This document shows, in pieces, positions 8,901-17,549 of a DNA stretch of 37,635 nucleotides. The stretch comes from a virus (taxonomy: Duplodnaviria > Caudoviricetes), in the IMG/VR virus record IMGVR_UViG_3300020598_000121, positions 1 through 37,635 of that record. One strand, given 5' to 3'. The translations under genes were made by a program, and so were the position numbers. Below the pieces are notes generated by a model. It saw nothing but the letters and a program-made list of their open reading frames with translations. It was not told where the DNA came from and made no database searches. Each line of letters starts with the position of its first letter. The first letter of the stretch is position 1.

Positions 8901-11735
8901 GATCCGCTTCCCGGTCTCGGTTTGGGTGAAGAACCACACTAGCGCCCCGACAAGGGCGGCGATCGCGATCACGATGAGCGCGATGGGGTTTGCGCTCATC
9001 GCCGCATTGAGTGCCCATTGCGCGATGGCCCCCGCAACCAGCGCGGCACGATGCGCGGCCAACGCGACCGTGTTGCGGCGCAGCGACATCGCGGAACGAC
9101 CGGTCGCGGCCGCGAACACACCCTGCGCCACCGAGGCACCGAACATGATGGCGTTCCAGGCGGTGACCGCCACACCGAAGACCTTCACGGCCATGACGAC
9201 ACCCAGGAGCACCGGCGCGAACGGAACCAGCTTCTCGACGATCGTCGCCAGGTGCGGGGCGACCGCCGCGATCACCTCCGACCACGGGCGGAAAGCCTCC
9301 ACCAGGCCGGGAAGCACCGGAGCGAGGTTGGCCAGCGCCTCCCCCAGTGCCGGCATCAGCTCCCGAGCGATGTCCATGAGTCCGGGAATCGAGTCCCGGA
9401 TCGCCTGGCCCAGCGCCGCGAACCCGGGCGCGAGTCCGGACGCAGCCTCTGCCCCGAACCCGCGGAAAAGGTCGAACACGGGACCGACAACTGCCCGGAT
9501 GTTCTCGAACGTCTGCCGTACGGACTCGAGCGAGGACCGGAGATCGTCTGCGCTGATGTTCCGCAGCTTCTCACCGATACCCAGCAGCCATTCGTTGAGC
9601 GAGGCACCGGTGTTCGCGAACGTCTCCGCTGCCGTTCCGAGAACGCTGATCAGGCCGGAGAACACCGAACCCACACCGCTTTCGCCCTGGGCGAGGCTGC
9701 TGAAGAAGGTGTTCGACCCTGCGATCATCCGATCCCAGCCGGCCACTGCGGCGGGGCTCGAGATCGACGTGGCGATCTGAGACCCGATGGCGCCCAGCGT
9801 GGTGGCCAGGATGCCGAGGTTCGGGCTGAGCCGGTCAAGTAGTCCACCGAGCGTGGTGAACGACCCGATCATCGCGGCACTGAAGCGATCGGTGATTTCC
9901 TCACGCAGGTTCTTGAACGCCTGCAGCAGCGGCGCGAGCCGCTCACCGATCATCGCCGCGAACGGATCGTCTCCAGCAGCCGACTGCTGCGCCTCAGCCA
10001 GACTTTCGTAGGCGTCCGCCACAGCCTCGGCAGCATCGATGTTGGCCTGAGCCACATCCTTCTGAGTCTGCGCCAGATCGGCCTGAGCGTCCTTCAGCTG
10101 CTCCTGTGCGTCGGCCTCACGCCGCTTGGCTTCGACGACCCGATCGGATCCTTCGATGCCCTTGGCCTGCGCGTCGGCGATCTCGGCGCGTTCCTGCTTG
10201 GCCGTGGCCTTGATTTCCTCGTAGGCCTGCTTCGCCTCGCGGACACCGAGTTCCGCCCGCCAGCGGTCGAGACCGTCCGCATCGGGATTGGCCCTCGTCT
10301 CGCGCAGGTTCTTCTCGGCCTCTGCCAACGCCAGCGCGGCGCCTTCCTCGTCGAGAGCCAACCCGGCGAGAGTCCGCGCGTACCCTTCGGCGTCCCGCTT
10401 GGCCTGCTGCCGCGCCTTGTTGACGTCGTCCTGCGCTTCCTTGACCGCTTCCTGCGCCTTGACGACCTGCTTCTCGGCGTTGACGATCTGTCGGTTGCCC
10501 TGTTCGGCGGTGCGTGCCTGTGCCTTCTTGGCGTTGTCGACAGCCTTGAGCGCCGACGCGCTCTTCGATGCGGTGGCGCCCACGTTCTTCTGCGAGTCGG
10601 TCCACGCCTTCGCACCGTCGGACAGACCGGCGAACGCCAGCTTCGCCACCCCGAGGGCGGGGCCGAGGATGCCGGCCGCCGCGGCCGCAACGGTTCCCAT
10701 CGCCGCAGCGATCGCCGTCAGACCCGAAACCATCGGGCCCGCCGCGAAGGTCGCCACAACCGATCCGAGCGCCGAGACTGCCCCGAGCGCCGCGGCAGAC
10801 CCGACGGTGATCACTCCGAGCGCGCGACCGATCCGCGTCAGGATCCCGACCAGTTTGGCCACACCGGCCATCACCAGCAGAGCTGCCGTGACCCGGCCGA
10901 TGTCCCGGGCGAGGATGCCGGCCGCTGCGGCCGCCAGACGGAGCGCGCCCGCGAGCTTGGCGACGCCCACACCGGTCATCATCTTCAGCAGCGTGGTGCT
11001 GGCCAGCAACCCCACGCTGAAGTGGCGGACGGCTCGTGCAGCAAGCCCGAGAACTGTGGCTGCCGTTCCAACGTTCTTGATGACCGAATTCGCCGCTGTG
11101 CTCAGGAGCGTGAAACCGGTGACGGCGCCGCGCATTCCGGTGCCGATGGCGGAGACGAATCCCGCCGCGAAACTGCGCCCCTCGTCGCTGCCTCGGCCAC
11201 GCGAGTTCATCGCGGCGCTCACGCCGCTGACGAACTGCGCACCGGCCGCCTGGCCGCCACTGCGGAATCTCCCGGCGATCCGCTGCAGGAACGATTGGCT
11301 GTCAGATTCCGCGCGTCGAGTCTCGATCCGCGTCTCGATGCGGACGACGCGGTCCGCGGCCCGCGAACGCTTCGACTCGGCCGCGTTGAGCGCGTCGGCC
11401 GCGGCACGACTGTCCCGCTTGGCCTTGACCACCCGGGCTTCGGCATCGGCGAGCCGTTTCGCGTCGTTGACACCCTTGCCGCGAAGGGTCTGCAGCTGCC
11501 GTTCGGCGTCGCCGGCCTCCTTGGTCGCGGCAACCTCCCGTCGGCGTGCGTCGGCCGCTGCCTTGGTGGCACTGTCGAGGTCGGACTTGGCCTTGGCGAG
11601 CTTGCGCTGATCGACCTCGACGCCGATCGTGTGATCGACAGGGTGCCTTTTGATCTCAGCGCGAACCCGCTTGAAGTAGCCGCCCATCGACGGCAGGACA
11701 TTGATGAAGGTCTGCCCACCCTGCAGGTCACTCAT
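5991..11735 (-). CDS. Tape measure protein with C-terminal NlpC/P60-like and lytic transglycosylase domains
   Basis: 1914 aa, Ala/Gly-rich with W/F-spaced repeats; NPYTWAFEDCSG...GHTAG and KESGWNPLARNPSSGAFGLFQF motifs. Confidence 0.95.
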   Translation of the reverse strand: MSDLQGGQTFINVLPSMGGYFKRVRAEIKRHPVDHTIGVEVDQRKLAKAKSDLDSATKAAADARRREVAATKEAGDAERQLQTLRGKGVNDAKRLADAEARVVKAKRDSRAAADALNAAESKRSRAADRVVRIETRIETRRAESDSQSFLQRIAGRFRSGGQAAGAQFVSGVSAAMNSRGRGSDEGRSFAAGFVSAIGTGMRGAVTGFTLLSTAANSVIKNVGTAATVLGLAARAVRHFSVGLLASTTLLKMMTGVGVAKLAGALRLAAAAAGILARDIGRVTAALLVMAGVAKLVGILTRIGRALGVITVGSAAALGAVSALGSVVATFAAGPMVSGLTAIAAAMGTVAAAAAGILGPALGVAKLAFAGLSDGAKAWTDSQKNVGATASKSASALKAVDNAKKAQARTAEQGNRQIVNAEKQVVKAQEAVKEAQDDVNKARQQAKRDAEGYARTLAGLALDEEGAALALAEAEKNLRETRANPDADGLDRWRAELGVREAKQAYEEIKATAKQERAEIADAQAKGIEGSDRVVEAKRREADAQEQLKDAQADLAQTQKDVAQANIDAAEAVADAYESLAEAQQSAAGDDPFAAMIGERLAPLLQAFKNLREEITDRFSAAMIGSFTTLGGLLDRLSPNLGILATTLGAIGSQIATSISSPAAVAGWDRMIAGSNTFFSSLAQGESGVGSVFSGLISVLGTAAETFANTGASLNEWLLGIGEKLRNISADDLRSSLESVRQTFENIRAVVGPVFDLFRGFGAEAASGLAPGFAALGQAIRDSIPGLMDIARELMPALGEALANLAPVLPGLVEAFRPWSEVIAAVAPHLATIVEKLVPFAPVLLGVVMAVKVFGVAVTAWNAIMFGASVAQGVFAAATGRSAMSLRRNTVALAAHRAALVAGAIAQWALNAAMSANPIALIVIAIAALVGALVWFFTQTETGKRIWETVWNGIKAALSTAWEFIKSVFDKLGAVFTWLYENIVQPIFTALKVALAVVVTAFLMWWEGVKLYLELVGNLISWLWNTIARPVWELMKAGLRAMGDFFAWVWNSLIKPAWNALGDGIQAVWEHVISPVWDLLNAGLNLVGDLFSTVWNSVIKPAWEGIGSLIRTVWETVISPAWDAMKNALQKVGDFFDTIVRGISTVWDGLRGILAKPINFMINTVWNEGIRKAWNKAAGLLGLDEAQPLAGIPERATGGPIFGPGTGTSDDVLMWGSNGEHMVTAAEVIAAGGHNVLYAIRDMIARGIPFSWDNGRIVSEVGRDNLSRYGAQVAAKGLGNVNPQGMFDGMLPGYKDGGEIRPMWQSQLENGHRAAKMRNGNPYTWAFEDCSGFMSMIADAIINGGNGSRNWFTGSFPGTQPWKPGLGQGFSVGVWDDPGGPGGGHTAGTLTAVGPYSTVNVESSGSGGVMYGGGAIGADSPYFAGKHPGLFHLAIGADGAFESGGVGGGGGLSPEGKQSFVQKKIADIFDFFLNPIKSGIAAAIGTPPPEWKRIPPGFLDKGRDMTSSFLADKVTGLGDLLGSVWDKAKNIGGLFRDKGGWIPNGLSIVRNETGRPEAVLNWDQLELIKDLLVGGDVAGALRAATLLNNAPATAEATLAADYSQYGYEQDKVEVGPAAAAKYASEIDWLGIGGQIGTSLLAEWGNDLLGMAGFSNQFKGLQLVDDTGRRSDEAQVRSEATYDDYQTDTPAPATTETPVESSGSTATAAEPESVVDAVKRAFAPSSWSEGEQWAATDWIVQKESGWNPLARNPSSGAFGLFQFLGSTKDAYLPDENPDPYIQGQAGAKYIRDRYGDPIRAKSFWEKNGFYDQGGIASGRGFMLKDVIRPERVLSPRQTEAFEALVPMLDRVQSAASAPGEVMSAADRSALELAPVGGGDSWNFNGELSPAMRREIEIMWNQRERGHGRGSESRRRW

Positions 11736-11738
11736 CGG

Positions 11739-12557
11739 TCAGCTACCTCCTGACGGTGTGAGGCGCCGCGTGTAGCGGCTACCGAGCACCTGCGAAGCGA
11801 TGTCGTCGTGCTCGACGAGCGCCTGGTACTCCTCGGCGCGTTCACGCGCGGTCTGCGGGCGCGGCGATGCCTTCGGCGGCTTTCCGCCCTTGCCCTTGAA
11901 CTTCGGGGACGCACCCCAGGTGGCGTGCTCGATACGGCGCAGCGAGTCGACCATGTTGGTCAGCTGCGCCCGCTCGTACGTCCACCCGACCAGCGACGGG
12001 CGCTTCGACGGAGGCGGCAACTCGCCGCGCTGCTCCATCTCGAGGATCTTCTGGGCACGCTCGTCGTCGTTGCCCAGCGCGGCGAAGTACCAGCCGCCCT
12101 CGGGAAACGCGGGCAACAGCCGCAGCAGCCGGTTCCACGGATTGTTCAGATGGTCGCGGACCCAGTCGTACAGCCGCTCGTCACCGGGCATGGCGAACAG
12201 GTCCTTCTCGATCGCTGCCCCGTAGCGGTCGATCTCGTCGACCAGGTACGCCCATCCGGCGTCCGGCGGGACGAGGATCCCGAAGTGCTCGCGGATGTCG
12301 TCGACGAGATCGGCGAGTTCCGAGAACGGTCGGTGCGCGTAGTGGTCGGCGATGATGTCGGCCAGCTGCTCGCCGACGAGCAGGTCGAGTTGGTCGTGGA
12401 CGGAAACGGTGGTGTCGAGGACGGCGACGTCGCCCGCTTCGGGTGCCTCGATGACCAGCTCGGGCCCGTCGTCGCCGAGATTCACGACAAACGGTCCGGC
12501 GGCCTCCTCGAGGAGGGTCCTGAAGAAGGAGGCCGCCGACCCGTTGTCGTCGCTCAT
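11739..12557 (-). CDS. Tail assembly chaperone, GT-like (carries its own G-like N-terminal domain)
   Basis: Directly upstream of the tape measure; its N-terminal ~95 aa resemble the preceding chaperone. Confidence 0.75.
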   Translation of the reverse strand: MSDDNGSAASFFRTLLEEAAGPFVVNLGDDGPELVIEAPEAGDVAVLDTTVSVHDQLDLLVGEQLADIIADHYAHRPFSELADLVDDIREHFGILVPPDAGWAYLVDEIDRYGAAIEKDLFAMPGDERLYDWVRDHLNNPWNRLLRLLPAFPEGGWYFAALGNDDERAQKILEMEQRGELPPPSKRPSLVGWTYERAQLTNMVDSLRRIEHATWGASPKFKGKGGKPPKASPRPQTARERAEEYQALVEHDDIASQVLGSRYTRRLTPSGGS

Positions 12558-12560
12558 CGA

Positions 12561-12935
12561 TCAGCGGCGACGACCACCGAGGCGCCGCTGCCGGCTACGT
12601 CGATCGGCGCGGTTGACTGCCTGCTCGGCGTCGAACAGCCCGAAGTGTCGGGACAGGTCACGTGCGAGGTCGATCAGCGTGTCCGGGTGTTCCGGCCCGA
12701 GGAAGTCGGCGACATCGTCGAACTGGTCCCCGAGGAACAGCTTGAGCACGCGCCTCGATGTCTGGGCTTCCTCGATGTCCATGACGGTGTCGGCGTCCGG
12801 TTCCTGGACGTAGAAGACGGGCGATTCGCCGATCTGGAACCGGAACGGTGCCTTGCGCTCTCGCTGTTCGCCGCCGTACCGGCGGACGTTCTGGTCGTCG
12901 AGCTGGGCGAGGTTGTCGAGGTTGTCCGTGCTCAC
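12561..12935 (-). CDS. Tail assembly chaperone, G-like
   Basis: 124-aa acidic protein between major tail and tape measure. Confidence 0.75.
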   Translation of the reverse strand: MSTDNLDNLAQLDDQNVRRYGGEQRERKAPFRFQIGESPVFYVQEPDADTVMDIEEAQTSRRVLKLFLGDQFDDVADFLGPEHPDTLIDLARDLSRHFGLFDAEQAVNRADRRSRQRRLGGRRR

Positions 12936-13249
12936 TTCGTGCCTCCGTTGCTGCGTGCAGTGGTCTTGGGCTTCTGCGCGGCGACTGTGTCGCCGGCGGG
13001 TGCCTCGGGTTCGGGCTTCGTCGCGGTCGTTGCCGGAGCGGTCGTTGCCGGCGCGGTCGTTGCCGGCGCGGCCGTTGCCGGCGCGGCCGGTTCGGTGGCC
13101 GCTGGGGGCTCGGGGGGCGCAAGCGTGTAGCCGGATGCGAGCAGTTCACGTTCCTCGCGGAACGAGCTCGGGGTGTACCGGCGGCCGTCCGCCGCGACGA
13201 GTTCGCGCGGCGTCCATCCGGCCTTGCTGATGGTGCGCATCTGTCCCAT
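12932..13249 (-). CDS. Small Pro/Ala/Thr-repeat protein
   Basis: AAGGAGG RBS; stop overlaps the next GTG; PATTA repeats. Confidence 0.7.
   Translation of the reverse strand: MGQMRTISKAGWTPRELVAADGRRYTPSSFREERELLASGYTLAPPEPPAATEPAAPATAAPATTAPATTAPATTATKPEPEAPAGDTVAAQKPKTTARSNGGTK
13023..13082. repeat. 15-bp tandem repeat x4 (GCGGTCGTTGCCGGC consensus)
   Basis: Four near-identical units visible directly; they encode the PAT(T/A)A repeats. Confidence 0.9.
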
Positions 13250-13369
13250 GGCGGGACCTCCTTCGGTGACGGTCGGTGTGGCGGTCTGGATGCACTGGGC
13301 GGGCGGTCGACCGCCGATCCCCGCCCAGCCCAGTGCGTTCTCGAGCCCGGCGAGAATGCCGGGCGCCGG

Positions 13370-14299
13370 TCAGGCAGCGACGACGATCGACAGCGGCTTC
13401 TGCACGCTGCCCGCGGTCGCACTGTCGACGACCTGGACAGTGAAGTTCGACGTCCCGGCCGCGGTCGGGGTACCGGAGATGACACCGGCTGTGGACAGGC
13501 TCAGACCTGCCGGCAGGTCGCCGGAGGCGACGGTCCACGTCTTGGTGCCGGTACCACCGGCAACTGTGAGGGTCTGCGAGTAGGCCACGCCGACTGTGCC
13601 GCCGGGAAGCGACGCGGTGGTGATCGACAGCCCGCCGCGCTTGAATCCCGCGTCCTCGAGGACACGGTTCCAGCCCTCGCCGCCGAAGTAGTGACGCACC
13701 GAGACGCCGTACTCGGTGTCGACCATCGCGTTCACCGTCGTCGGCCAGGTCAGCGAACCCTCGCCGTCGGAGAGGGTCTGCTCCCCCATCTCGGCGACCT
13801 CACCGGCGTAGAACAGGCGACCGAGGTAGATCCGGTCGACACCGGTATTGAACTGGGCCAGAGCGAGATAACGCTGCTGCCGGATCGCCGCGATCGCCGG
13901 CTGATCGAACGCAATCTCACCGGTCTCCGCGTTGGCGACCATCTGCGACAGGTCCACACCGAGGTTGTTCTCGATGTTGTACCGGTTCGCCTCCAGGCCG
14001 GTGAACTGCAGGCCCGCGATGTCGGAGGTGAAGTCCGATCGGATCGGGTTGGAGTAGCCGACCGCCATGATGTCGGACTTCTCCATCTCGCGGGTCAGGG
14101 TGATCGCGTCGTCCTTGAGGAGCAGACCGAAGTCCCATGCTCCGTCCGGGAGTTCGGCGAGCTGGGAGTTCGACCCTTCGGTGATGTACTCGATGGGGTC
14201 GACGTCCATGCCCATCCCGAAGATGTGCATGCGGTTCGGCTTGAGGATGAGTTCACGCTGGTGTCGCGCGACCTCGAGTTCGCCAACAGATGTGGCCAT
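13370..14299 (-). CDS. Major tail protein with C-terminal Ig-like domain
   Basis: AGGAGG RBS; [17 protein letters not shown] tail-tube-like segment; [18 protein letters not shown]...FTVQVVDS putative Ig repeat. Confidence 0.9.
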   Translation of the reverse strand: MATSVGELEVARHQRELILKPNRMHIFGMGMDVDPIEYITEGSNSQLAELPDGAWDFGLLLKDDAITLTREMEKSDIMAVGYSNPIRSDFTSDIAGLQFTGLEANRYNIENNLGVDLSQMVANAETGEIAFDQPAIAAIRQQRYLALAQFNTGVDRIYLGRLFYAGEVAEMGEQTLSDGEGSLTWPTTVNAMVDTEYGVSVRHYFGGEGWNRVLEDAGFKRGGLSITTASLPGGTVGVAYSQTLTVAGGTGTKTWTVASGDLPAGLSLSTAGVISGTPTAAGTSNFTVQVVDSATAGSVQKPLSIVVAA

Positions 14300-14320
14300 G
14301 ATGCCTCCTGGGCATGAGAA

Positions 14321-14348
14321 AGGCCCACGACGGTGATGTCGTGGGCCT
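14321..14348 (-). terminator. Stem-loop before major tail gene (weak terminator or RNA stabiliser)
   Basis: 11-bp inverted repeat AGGCCCACGAC/GTCGTGGGCCT followed by TTCTC on the minus strand. Confidence 0.55.
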
Positions 14349-14369
14349 GGGCGAGTTTGGGTGGAGTGG

Positions 14370-14780
14370 TCAGCGCCGCCAGGGCTTCTGCAGGCTGAGC
14401 GCGTAGTACGCGACCTCGCGGCGGGCGTCCGGGTTCTCGTACGGTTCGGCTTCCGGCGGGGTGTCGACGCGGCAGGAGTCGATGCAGATCGGCTTCGGTT
14501 CGTCCTCGACGACGATGGCCTCCCCGGCGATGCGATCCATCAGGTTCCGCACCTGCCGGGCAAGCTTCGAGGCGCCCCGCGGATCCGGGTGATGGCACGT
14601 GATCTGCACCCGCGGGTAGTCACTGATCCCGTCGTCGTGGCCGCCGACCCGGTTGATCTGGATGCCGATACCGTCGTCGGTGGGCGGCGGTTCGGTGTCC
14701 GTCTCCCCGAGTGGAGCGAGGTACACCATCAGCACCTCTTGGATGTCCGGGAACAGGGTGTCGTCGGGTTCGACGGCCAT
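14370..14780 (-). CDS. Tail terminator
   Basis: FPDIQEVL...INRVGG...PRVQI motifs; just before the major tail gene. Confidence 0.8.
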   Translation of the reverse strand: MAVEPDDTLFPDIQEVLMVYLAPLGETDTEPPPTDDGIGIQINRVGGHDDGISDYPRVQITCHHPDPRGASKLARQVRNLMDRIAGEAIVVEDEPKPICIDSCRVDTPPEAEPYENPDARREVAYYALSLQKPWRR

Positions 14781-15109
14781 CAGTACCTCCGAGGCTGGTT
14801 CATGGCACGCATCGCGGCCTGGCTCGCGCGCACTGCCTTCGAGCGGCGTGTCCCGAACAGTGCGTACTGGTTGTTGCGGCGGTAGGAGACGATCCGGTGC
14901 CCTGGCCGGCCGTCCCAGCCGCGGGCCCGCTCGACACGAACCTGGGCGGCGAGCTTGCCTGTCTTCGCGTGCCGGCCAGCTTCCCTCCGGAACGCGTTGG
15001 CGCCGACCTCCGCCATGCGGCGGCTCGCCTTCTGCACGGCCGGGGACGCCATGATCGCTTTCGCGTCCTTGGACGAGAACCGGAACGTGCCGGGCTTCGG
15101 ATCAGCCAC
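14780..15109 (-). CDS. Neck/tail completion protein (HK97 gp10-like position)
   Basis: Basic 109-aa protein with KTGKLA and FGTR motifs; GTG start at 15109 inferred. Confidence 0.65.
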   Translation of the reverse strand: MADPKPGTFRFSSKDAKAIMASPAVQKASRRMAEVGANAFRREAGRHAKTGKLAAQVRVERARGWDGRPGHRIVSYRRNNQYALFGTRRSKAVRASQAAMRAMNQPRRY

Positions 15110-15425
15110 TGCTCTCCCACCTTTCGAGGTAGCCCCACACGTGGTCGGGGGTCCCGTCATCGTCGAACCACGCCTGCAGGTTGCCTGCCACGTGGAGTCG
15201 CGGGCCGATCCCATCGACGTCGAGGATGTTCTCGGTGGACTCGGGGAACCCGGGCGGCGCGTACAGCACCCATCGTTCGTGCCGTTCGAGCGGAACACCC
15301 TCGACGGAATCGACGGGTTGCACCGAGCAGCCCGGATACTCGACCGTGGTCTGCTCGGTCATGACCCCACGTTTGCCGCGGACCCGCTCGATCACACGGA
15401 CAGTCTGATTTCCGAGCTCATCCAC
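15102..15425 (-). CDS. Head-to-tail stopper
   Basis: GCSVQP...LYAPP motifs; synteny. Confidence 0.75.
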   Translation of the reverse strand: MDELGNQTVRVIERVRGKRGVMTEQTTVEYPGCSVQPVDSVEGVPLERHERWVLYAPPGFPESTENILDVDGIGPRLHVAGNLQAWFDDDGTPDHVWGYLERWESSG

Positions 15426-15777
15426 AGTGCCCTCCGAAGAAATACGAGGGGGCTCCGGCCTGCGAGATCCCCAGGAGCTGGTAGTGCGATGGCTCGAAGA
15501 TCAGCAGCGCCCCCGGGTTGGCGAGCGTGCCGGACCGGGTCACGCCTCCCACTGTCTTCGTGTAGGAGACGTGACCGGCGTACTTCTCGGTTGCCATCGC
15601 CGCCCGCACGACCTGGATGACGACCACACGAGCTGCGGGATCGTCATCTGCGATCTCTGGCTTGCGCGTACGGATCCAGTTCGATGCCGCGGCGATCAGA
15701 TCCCGTACATCGTCTTCGCGGTCTGCTGGGACCGGGCGGGGCCGGAAGATGTCGGAAGGGGTGGCGAAGTCCGCCAT
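15418..15777 (-). CDS. Head-to-tail adaptor
   Basis: MADFATPSD...LIAAASNWIR...LLGI pattern; AGGAGG RBS. Confidence 0.8.
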   Translation of the reverse strand: MADFATPSDIFRPRPVPADREDDVRDLIAAASNWIRTRKPEIADDDPAARVVVIQVVRAAMATEKYAGHVSYTKTVGGVTRSGTLANPGALLIFEPSHYQLLGISQAGAPSYFFGGHCG

Positions 15778-15791
15778 TTCGCACCCTCCTG

Positions 15792-16184
15792 TCAGTCGAG
15801 AGCCGCGATCAGCTCACGCTTGTCGAGCGCCTCGGCCTCTTCACGGGCCATGCCGCGGGACACTGCGTAGTCAACCCACACAGGCTTGGGTGCCGTCTGC
15901 TTCGGGCGATTCACCTGCTCACTGTCAGGAGTCTCGTCCACTTCGCCGGAGCTCTCATCCGACTCCGACCCGTCCGAGGACTCCTCGTCCTGGGGATCGT
16001 CTGCCGCACCCTCAGGGAGGGCAGGTTCCTCATCGACCGGACCGATCGCACCGATACGCAGAAGACGCTCGACCTGCCCGTCAGGAACCTCGAACACCTC
16101 ACCCTGCGTATGCCGCACGTACTCGTCCGGCTTGGTCCGCACCTTCTCGTCCCACCGGGAGACGAGGAGCTTGAACACCGCCAT
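15792..16184 (-). CDS. Hypothetical virion-associated protein
   Basis: Follows the capsid gene; acidic linker and WVDYAVSRG...KRELI C-terminal motif. Confidence 0.7.
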   Translation of the reverse strand: MAVFKLLVSRWDEKVRTKPDEYVRHTQGEVFEVPDGQVERLLRIGAIGPVDEEPALPEGAADDPQDEESSDGSESDESSGEVDETPDSEQVNRPKQTAPKPVWVDYAVSRGMAREEAEALDKRELIAALD

Positions 16185-17110
16185 CAGAGAACTCCGGTGA
16201 TGGTCACCGCAGCCTTCGGGTTGTCCACACCGAGGATCCGCTTACGGAATGCGTCGGCACGCCACGACTGGTTCGGGCCACCCGCACCGGAGTTGCCGCC
16301 CTCCTCGTAGAAGGGGGTCATCTGCAGCGGGTACGTGTCGGAGTAGAAGCCGACCACACCCGACTCGAGGACGATCACCTTCGACGGGTCCATGAACCGC
16401 GACTGCACGACCCGAAGGCCACACACCGTCTGCGGGAGGACACCGCGGTAGAGCGGATTCTCGCCCGCGACGTTGCCGATGTAGAACTTCTGCACCGCCT
16501 CGTTTCGCACCAGCGCGGTGACCGCGGTCGGGTGCGCGACGATCGTGTCCGGGTTGTACCCGAAGTAGTCGTCATCACCGGCACCGGTGGGCTGCGCCGA
16601 CTGGATCTGCTCGATCGCGTCGAAGATGTCCTTGACCGGGTCGCCGTTCGAGGCGTTCCACTCGTCGGTCGCGGGGGCCGTGGGCACGCTGGAAGCGTTG
16701 AACGCGGCGAGCGACGCGCGGACACCCGAGCGGATCATGGTGTTCTGCAGCGCGGTCACCTGCTGGTTGAGCAGATCGACCTTGTTCTCGTGCCGCATCT
16801 CCCACGAGACCCGGATACCCAGACCGACCTTCTCGCCGATCACCGCGCGGACCTTGCCCTGGCTGAGATCGGAGACGGGGATCTCACCGAACTCGGCGAC
16901 CCGCTCAGCGTCGTCGTTCAGGTACGGCTTGGCTGCCTCGCGGAATGCGACGACACCGGAGTCGTTCGACCCGCCGTTGCGGAACAGCAGGTTCTCGAGG
17001 AACGCGCCGTCGAGCGAATTGATCACCCGGGTGGGGATCCACGTCGGGTCCTTGAGCATCGAGTCGACAGTGATCTTGTCACCGTCGTATGCGGAAGTGA
17101 TGTTTCCCAT
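16184..17110 (-). CDS. Major capsid protein
   Basis: 308 aa; VAEFGEIP motif; synteny after protease and decoration gene. Confidence 0.9.
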   Translation of the reverse strand: MGNITSAYDGDKITVDSMLKDPTWIPTRVINSLDGAFLENLLFRNGGSNDSGVVAFREAAKPYLNDDAERVAEFGEIPVSDLSQGKVRAVIGEKVGLGIRVSWEMRHENKVDLLNQQVTALQNTMIRSGVRASLAAFNASSVPTAPATDEWNASNGDPVKDIFDAIEQIQSAQPTGAGDDDYFGYNPDTIVAHPTAVTALVRNEAVQKFYIGNVAGENPLYRGVLPQTVCGLRVVQSRFMDPSKVIVLESGVVGFYSDTYPLQMTPFYEEGGNSGAGGPNQSWRADAFRKRILGVDNPKAAVTITGVL

Positions 17111-17115
17111 GAGTA

Positions 17116-17538
17116 TCAGGACCCTTCGGTCACAGGCGCCGGCAAGAACGGGCCGGCAAGCTGAGTACGAACAGTGGTGTCGGTGGCGGTGGACGCCTTG
17201 ACAGCGATGCCGATCGCGGTGTCACCGGTCTTGGCGACCTTCCCATCGGCTGCCACGTACACGACGTCGCCGGTGGCGAACGCGGCGCTGGTGGTCGCCT
17301 TGGTCAGCGGCAGTACACCGACGGTGTGAACCGCGACAGCATCCGGAAGACCGTGGGACAGGTCATTGTCTGCGCGCGTGGCTGCGGGGGCACCGGACTG
17401 TGCGACAGCGCCGTACGGCAGGTCAGCCGCGCCGCACGGTGCGATGCCCGTGGAACCGAGCTTCACGACGTGGAACTTGGTGACGGCGGTCGCGACCTTG
17501 TGCGTGATCGGGCCGATTCCGAAAGTGGGGTTGGACAT
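17116..17538 (-). CDS. Capsid decoration/cement protein (DUF2190-like)
   Basis: GDVVYVAADGKV...IGIAV motif; GAGGAGG RBS. Confidence 0.7.
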   Translation of the reverse strand: MSNPTFGIGPITHKVATAVTKFHVVKLGSTGIAPCGAADLPYGAVAQSGAPAATRADNDLSHGLPDAVAVHTVGVLPLTKATTSAAFATGDVVYVAADGKVAKTGDTAIGIAVKASTATDTTVRTQLAGPFLPAPVTEGS

Positions 17539-17549
17539 TGAGGTCCTCC

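Noticed and set aside
12561-12620. Canonical -1 slippery site at the end of the first tail chaperone
   Set aside because: No XXXYYYZ heptamer seen, and the downstream ORF is in the same frame.
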